64,000 nucleotides of DNA from the NCBI GenBank assembly GCA_036785375.1, contig JAWMAR010000023.1, positions 7,564,001 to 7,628,000 of the forward strand, read 5' to 3'. Made by a program: the position numbers and the translations under genes. Positions 62,862-64,000 of this stretch are shown one piece after another. Origin of the DNA: Leucoraja ocellata. Its lineage: Eukaryota. Position 1 is the stretch's first letter; each line of letters begins with the position of its first letter. The notes under the pieces were generated by a model. The model had not been told where the DNA came from. It saw only the letters and a list, made by a program, of their open reading frames with translations, and did no database searches.

Positions 62862-62985
62862 TTAAGAAAGAATGCAGATGCTGGTAAAATCGAAGGTAGA
62901 CACAAAATGCTGGAGTAACTCAGCGGGTGAGGCAGCATCTATGGAGAAAAGGAATTGGCGACGTTTCGGGTCGAGATCCTTCTGT
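62862..62985 (-). mobile_element. Single-arm Penelope-like insertion nested in a Rex1-type LINE end
   Basis: gcagatgctggtaaaatcgaaggtagacacaaaatgctggagtaactcagcggg...gacgtttcgggtcgagatccttc. Confidence 0.7.
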
Positions 62986-64000
62986 CAGGGGACAAAGGAC
63001 CTGCATAACCCTAATCCTACTTCGCTAATGGTACACCAGGAACCATTTCTTGCACTACCATGGACTTGTATTCTAATTATGTTTTGCACTAAGGTTTTCT
63101 TCTCTTTATTGTTGTATGTCGTTTCCATGTAGCCTGATCTATGTACCTGAACCTCCCCGTGCGTGCAAATGACAATAAACATGTCTAGGCTTGTTCCCTT
63201 CATGGCTTAGCAGTCTGGCGCCAACACCCCTATCCCACCCATTCCACCCTTCAAGGCTCCCTCCCCTTATAGTTATTTCAACTGTTCTGGTAAATTTGTC
63301 CTGTCATTGAGGCAGAAGACTGGGATGGTGCCTCTTCTGTATGTGTGAGTGACACATCAGTTTCAACTAGTTTGTGGGACCACTCTATGACTGTTATCAT
63401 GTCCCTCCCTCCTGGTGAGATGCCAGATAAGCGAAGCACAAAAAAAAAAGACTATCTCCCGATTGCCAAAGATTGCCTTTTTAATACCTCTTCGCAATAA
63501 TACATGCAATCTTACCTCTGAATTATCAAAGCAGGGGATGTTATTCCACAGGCTCAAGACATAAGCTAGGATGCCACATCAATGCTGAGGTTGGGTGTAT
63601 AACCTAAGGGGATTCTTCAATGCTGCATTGCCTTTAATTTAAAACATTTATGACCCATCTGCCTTTGCAAATGAATGCAAATAATTTCATGAATTTGTAG
63701 AGGAGCACAATAGCTGTCCCTGTTTGGGTAATATTTATTCTCCAATAAGCCCTGCAACAAGAGATTATTTAGTCACCTACCTGTTCCTCAATCCCCCAAA
63801 TAATCCCACATTTCTACCTTTTCCTATTCACCATGAAACATTCACACCTCCTCCTAAGGCGCATTAATACCACTCAACCCATTTAACTTTCTAGTCCCTG
63901 GTTTCCCCATTCCACCTTCCCAGCCTCCTCACCCACTATAACCCTGTTGTTTCCTCATCTCACCACTTTATCCCTTTCCACCGACCTTTGCTCCTTCACT

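Noticed and set aside
1791-62985. Recurring 'CWSNSAGQAAS' peptides as a protein family, or the repeats as CRISPR
   Set aside because: These are chance translations of the non-coding fold-back element. The copies are dispersed, with no repeat-spacer array, in a vertebrate genome.
49074-64000. Short ORFs downstream of UBR4 as a second gene
   Set aside because: They map to LINE, SINE or hairpin repeats or lack a coherent exon chain. No recognisable protein was found apart from L1, CR1 and Rex1 remnants.

Overview
Eukaryotic genomic DNA. The repeat families point to a cartilaginous fish, probably a skate or ray (inference). Positions 414-48703 hold the 3' part of UBR4 (p600, N-degron E3/E4 ligase) on the + strand. 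I read 38 coding exons with GT-AG introns that splice into one open frame of about 1800 aa (ESTSSQEDQL...LKDLLNSIP*), with a poly(A) signal at 49034. No further gene is recognisable in 49.1-64 kb. Introns and downstream DNA are dense in mobile elements: tRNA-derived HE1/V-SINE-like SINEs, CR1/HER1, L2, Rex1-type and L1 LINE fragments, a 1-kb TIR element and an LTR. The most striking non-gene signal is about 20 copies of a 100-240 bp fold-back (palindromic) element with 10-17 bp TSDs. Its fold-back point sits on a minimal hammerhead-ribozyme core (CUGAAGA-stem II-GAAACGUC) of the Penelope-like-element type. Other candidates are a poison exon, a pri-miRNA-like hairpin, a TGACAG (MEIS/TALE) motif cluster, a twin-primed inverted L1 and a three-layer nested insertion. 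All coordinates were read by eye and no database searches were run.
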